NCBI GenBank assembly: GCA_039794085.1
Contig: JBDIWC010000069.1
Coordinates: forward strand, 1-17,850
Direction: 5' to 3'
Length of the DNA: 17,850 nt
From: Gemmatimonadales bacterium
GTDB taxonomy: Bacteria; Gemmatimonadota; Gemmatimonadetes; Gemmatimonadales; GWC2-71-9
In this document: positions 14,713 through 17,850 of the stretch, piece after piece
Layout: each line of letters begins with the position of its first letter
Numbering within the stretch: the stretch's first letter is position 1
Notes under the pieces: generated by a model
What the model saw: the letters and a program-made list of their open reading frames with translations, nothing else
Told to the model about the DNA's origin: nothing
Database searches by the model: none
Translations under genes and position numbers: made by a program

Positions 14713-16941
14713 ATGATCAGCCACCTGAGCACCATCCCCGTCCTCGCCCTGACCATGCTGGGCACCGTGACGGTACCCCGCCTCACGGCCCAGGTTGTCC
14801 AAGTGCAGACGGTGGATACGGTGACCCGCACGGTGGCACCGAGCACCGTGGTGTCCCTTCTGCGGGCGGGGAGCGACCAGATCCTGATCCGAATCCTGAC
14901 CGATGCCCAGGGCCGGGGCACGGTGATCCTGAGCGGACCGGGCACCTACCGGCTCCGGGTGGATCGGATCGGCTACGCCACCACGGTGACAGCCCCCTTC
15001 ACCGTGCACACAGTCGCCGATACCCTGATCCAGCGGATCGCGGTGAACCCGGAGCGGTTCCTGCTCCCCGAGATGGGTGTGGTGGCGGGGGAAGTCGCCT
15101 GCAGCGCCGGTGGGGTGGCGGGTCCTGAACTGGTGGCCGTGTGGGAAGAGGCCCGGAAGACCCTCACGGTGGCGGCCCTCACAGCTACCTCAGTGCGGCC
15201 CCTCCTCGAGCGCTGGCGCTGGGAACGCACGCTGACCGTGCGGGGGCGCCTGCAGGGGGAGCGCCCCGACGTGGTGCAGTACACCCGGGAGGCCCCCTTT
15301 GTCACGGTGTCCCCCGCGCGCCTGCGGGAATCGGGGTTCGCCGACGTGGGGCGGGACCAGGCGCTCTTCTACCTTCCCGATGCCAGCGTGCTGCTGGACG
15401 AGGCCTTTCTGGAAACGCACTGTTTTCGGCTCGACACCGAGGAGCGCCGCACCGAGGGGCTCATCGGACTGCGCTTCGTGCCGCTGCCCGACCGCACCGT
15501 GCCGGACATCGAGGGCGTGCTCTGGATCCGTCGGAGCGAGGCGGCCCTGCAGGAGATCACCTTCCGCTACACGAATCTCCCAGCCGAACTCCAGACCCAC
15601 CGCCCGGGGGGAGTGGTGTCGCTGGCGCCGATCGCGGACGGAGGGTGGATCGTGGACGAATGGTACGTGCAGACCCCGGTGCTCGGCGCGGTTCGGGACG
15701 GAAGCTTCACGGGGCGACGCTCGCCGGACCGGCGGGGCGGTGCCCTGGTGGCGTGGCACGTGAGTGGCGGGAAGGCGCGGGCCGTACCCGATCTGGGGGG
15801 AGCGGACGGGGAGACGCCGGCGCCGGGCAATCCGAGGGTGTGTGGCCCCACGCCGGCATCGGCTGGTGGACTCGGTGTGGTGGTGGTACAGGTGGTGGAG
15901 GAGGGCCGTCCGCTGGCGGTGGCCGAGGCGCCGGTGGTGGTCACGGCGGGGGAGTGGGCGACCCAAACGGTTCGGGTGGGGGACGGACGGGGGCTCCGGG
16001 TGGAGCGACCGGCGGTGACCATCGAGGGCACGAGCGATAGGGACGGTCTGGTGGCGTTCTGCGGAATTCCGATCGGCACCCGTCTCGCGGTACAGGCGGG
16101 GAAACCGGAGACACAAGCGGCGACGTTGGCGAAGGCGGAGGGGTCGTTGACCCAGGTTCAGGTTCGGGTCCCGGTGAAGGCGGTGGTGGCGGCGGCTCCC
16201 TCCCTGTCGCCCCTCCTGCGGGGCCGGGTGGTGGACACGGCCGGGGCGGGGCTCGCAGCGGTGGAGGTGGCGCTGGCGGAGGCAGGCCGGCGGACGGTGA
16301 CCGATGGAGCGGGACGCTACGAGGTGAGGGATGTGCCGCGTGGCCGCTACCAGGTGGTGTTCCGGCGGATCGGGTACCAACCGCTCACCGTGTTTCGATC
16401 CTTCCTGCGCGATACCGTGGTGGTCGACGCGCAACTCGCCGCGGAAGCGTTCGTGCTGCCGGAACTGGAGACGAAGGCGCGGGGGCCGGAGGAGGTGCCG
16501 GTGAAGCTCCGGGAGTGGGCCCGGCGCCGGGAGTTCAACGTGGGGGGGAAGTTCTGGGATGACTCGCTGCTGCGGACCCAGGAATACCGGCGGCTGCCGG
16601 AGGTGCTGCAGTCGGTCTCGGGAGTGCGGATCATCCGTGCTCGAGGAGGGCGGTTTCTCGCCACCGGGGGAGGACGGGCTGGTGTCAGCCTCGGTCGTAA
16701 CAAGCGCGATCCTCGCGGAGATCTTAACGATGTCCCGAGGGCATGCTATGCTACGATCTTTCTGGATGGCATCCGGCTCGCGTTCACCGGCACCCCGCCG
16801 AACCTGGATGACATCCCCATCCATCAGATTGCCGCGATGGAGCTCTATCGCTCCGCCTCAGAAATGCCCGTGGAGCTCAATTCGCCAGGGTCGATTTGCG
16901 GAGTCCTCGCCATCTGGACCCGGGTGGGCGGGAATCGGTAG
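14713..16941 (+). CDS. Secreted fusion protein: 12566-type module + CarboxypepD/plug-like module, ~742 aa
   Basis: Signal peptide MISHLSTIPVLALTMLGTVTVPRLTA-Q. The N-part shares VWEEARKTLT..FYLPDASVLLDEAFLETHCF..DIEGVLWI with 12566..14350. The C-part (from 16213) aligns end to end with 11767..12459, including KLREWARRR.FNV.GKFWDDSLLRT and CGVLAIWTR. Confidence 0.87.
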   Translation: MISHLSTIPVLALTMLGTVTVPRLTAQVVQVQTVDTVTRTVAPSTVVSLLRAGSDQILIRILTDAQGRGTVILSGPGTYRLRVDRIGYATTVTAPFTVHTVADTLIQRIAVNPERFLLPEMGVVAGEVACSAGGVAGPELVAVWEEARKTLTVAALTATSVRPLLERWRWERTLTVRGRLQGERPDVVQYTREAPFVTVSPARLRESGFADVGRDQALFYLPDASVLLDEAFLETHCFRLDTEERRTEGLIGLRFVPLPDRTVPDIEGVLWIRRSEAALQEITFRYTNLPAELQTHRPGGVVSLAPIADGGWIVDEWYVQTPVLGAVRDGSFTGRRSPDRRGGALVAWHVSGGKARAVPDLGGADGETPAPGNPRVCGPTPASAGGLGVVVVQVVEEGRPLAVAEAPVVVTAGEWATQTVRVGDGRGLRVERPAVTIEGTSDRDGLVAFCGIPIGTRLAVQAGKPETQAATLAKAEGSLTQVQVRVPVKAVVAAAPSLSPLLRGRVVDTAGAGLAAVEVALAEAGRRTVTDGAGRYEVRDVPRGRYQVVFRRIGYQPLTVFRSFLRDTVVVDAQLAAEAFVLPELETKARGPEEVPVKLREWARRREFNVGGKFWDDSLLRTQEYRRLPEVLQSVSGVRIIRARGGRFLATGGGRAGVSLGRNKRDPRGDLNDVPRACYATIFLDGIRLAFTGTPPNLDDIPIHQIAAMELYRSASEMPVELNSPGSICGVLAIWTRVGGNR

Positions 16942-17144
16942 CCGGAAAGACTATGGGACAGGATCGTCTGTCGCTCACACACTGCTAACTGCCCATCCGC
17001 GACCCTCCCCCTCCGGCCCGATCTCACTTCCCGCTCCTCTTCCCTCCCTCCCCCCTTCGAGTGATCGAGTGTGTGGGGTCCGGGGGGCCGGGCGTCTCCC
17101 CTGACTGGTTGTCGGCTGGGGACCCGCAGGGAAAGGTGGAGTGT

Positions 17145-17850
17145 ATGATGAACGACAGACCCGCTCGCCGGGGATTCCTGCCCACGTGGACCGCGTGCCT
17201 GGTCGGACTTGGGCTGCCCGCCGGGGTGCTCCAGGCCCAGGTCGTGGATGTCCGCGTGGTGGAGTCGGTGGGTGGCCTCCCCGCCCCCAGCGCGATCGTG
17301 GCTCTGCGGCGCGCCGACGGCACCCTGGTGGAACGACGCCTCACCGACCTGCAGGGCCGGACCCGGTTTACCGCGATGGGACTCGGCACCTTCCTCCTGG
17401 AGGCCGACCAGATCGGCGCCCGCCGAGCCACCACTCCTGCGTTTGCCATCGAGACAGTATCCGACACGGTCCGGCACCGACTGGCGATGGTGGCCCAACC
17501 CTTCATCCTCCCCGAAGTGAACGTGGCCTCGCGGGAGGTGGCGTGTGCCGCCGGGGGAGTGGACGGGGCCGACCTGGTGGCCGTGTGGGAGGAAGCGCGC
17601 AAGGCGCTGACGGCCACGGTGCTGACCGAGGAGTCGGTCCAACCGCTGCTGCAGCGGTGGCGGTGGGTGCGCCTCCTGGACCGCAACCAGCGGGAGCGAG
17701 GGGAGCAGGCGAACCTGGTGGAGTACACCCGGGGAGCCCCTTTTGTGAGCGCGCCGCCGGGAGAGCTTCGGGATCGCGGGTACATCGTGCTGGGTGATTC
17801 CCTCGACACCTTCTATGCTCCCGACGCCCGTGTGCTGCTGGACGAGGGGT
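17145..17850 (+). CDS. Fourth paralog of the carboxypeptidase-regulatory-like family, truncated by the window edge (absent from the ORF track)
   Basis: Manual translation from ATG 17145 (GGAG RBS) gives MMNDRPARRGFLPTWTACLVGLGLPAGVLQAQVVDVRVV..LTDLQGR..FILPEVNVASREVACAAGGVDGADLVAVWEEARKALT..YTRGAPFVS..FYAPDARVLLDEG, open to the end of the window. Confidence 0.85.
   Translation, partial: MMNDRPARRGFLPTWTACLVGLGLPAGVLQAQVVDVRVVESVGGLPAPSAIVALRRADGTLVERRLTDLQGRTRFTAMGLGTFLLEADQIGARRATTPAFAIETVSDTVRHRLAMVAQPFILPEVNVASREVACAAGGVDGADLVAVWEEARKALTATVLTEESVQPLLQRWRWVRLLDRNQRERGEQANLVEYTRGAPFVSAPPGELRDRGYIVLGDSLDTFYAPDARVLLDEG

Noticed and set aside
12010..16620. Diversity-generating retroelement template/variable repeat pair
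   Set aside because: The similar segments both lie within paralogous CDSs. Differences are mostly synonymous and not adenine-specific, and no reverse transcriptase is present.
17141..17797. 218-aa ORF in the supplied track
   Set aside because: It is in the wrong frame (Arg/Pro/Gly-rich). The real gene starts at 17145 in another frame and runs off the window.

Overview
High-GC bacterial window. The gene families suggest Gemmatimonadota or a similar diderm lineage (inference). Left to right it holds: (1) a 1110-aa AfsR/SARP-type wHTH-BTAD-STAND ATPase-TPR regulator whose last ~330 codons are markedly lower in GC; (2) a stand-alone MoxR AAA+ ATPase; (3) a divergent F-type ATP synthase cluster (AtpZ/I-like, atpI-like, atpB, atpE, atpF, atpH) that stops after delta, with a Rex-like operator over its promoter; (4) a lower-GC accessory locus, in which a stand-alone LuxR-HTH gene lies divergent from a beta-propeller lipoprotein, a CxxC lipoprotein and a 60-aa secreted 4-Cys peptide followed by three stem-loops; (5) a tandem array of four secreted carboxypeptidase-regulatory-like-domain proteins built from two modules, one ending in a TonB-receptor-like plug with no beta-barrel, and the third gene fuses both modules. 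The intergenic spaces carry several distinct small repeat types (REP-like hairpins, stop-codon-anchored heptamer arrays, a 9-mer inverted repeat). The best candidate for an undescribed system is the peptide / CxxC / propeller / barrel-less-plug locus. No tRNA, rRNA, CRISPR array or transposase was seen.
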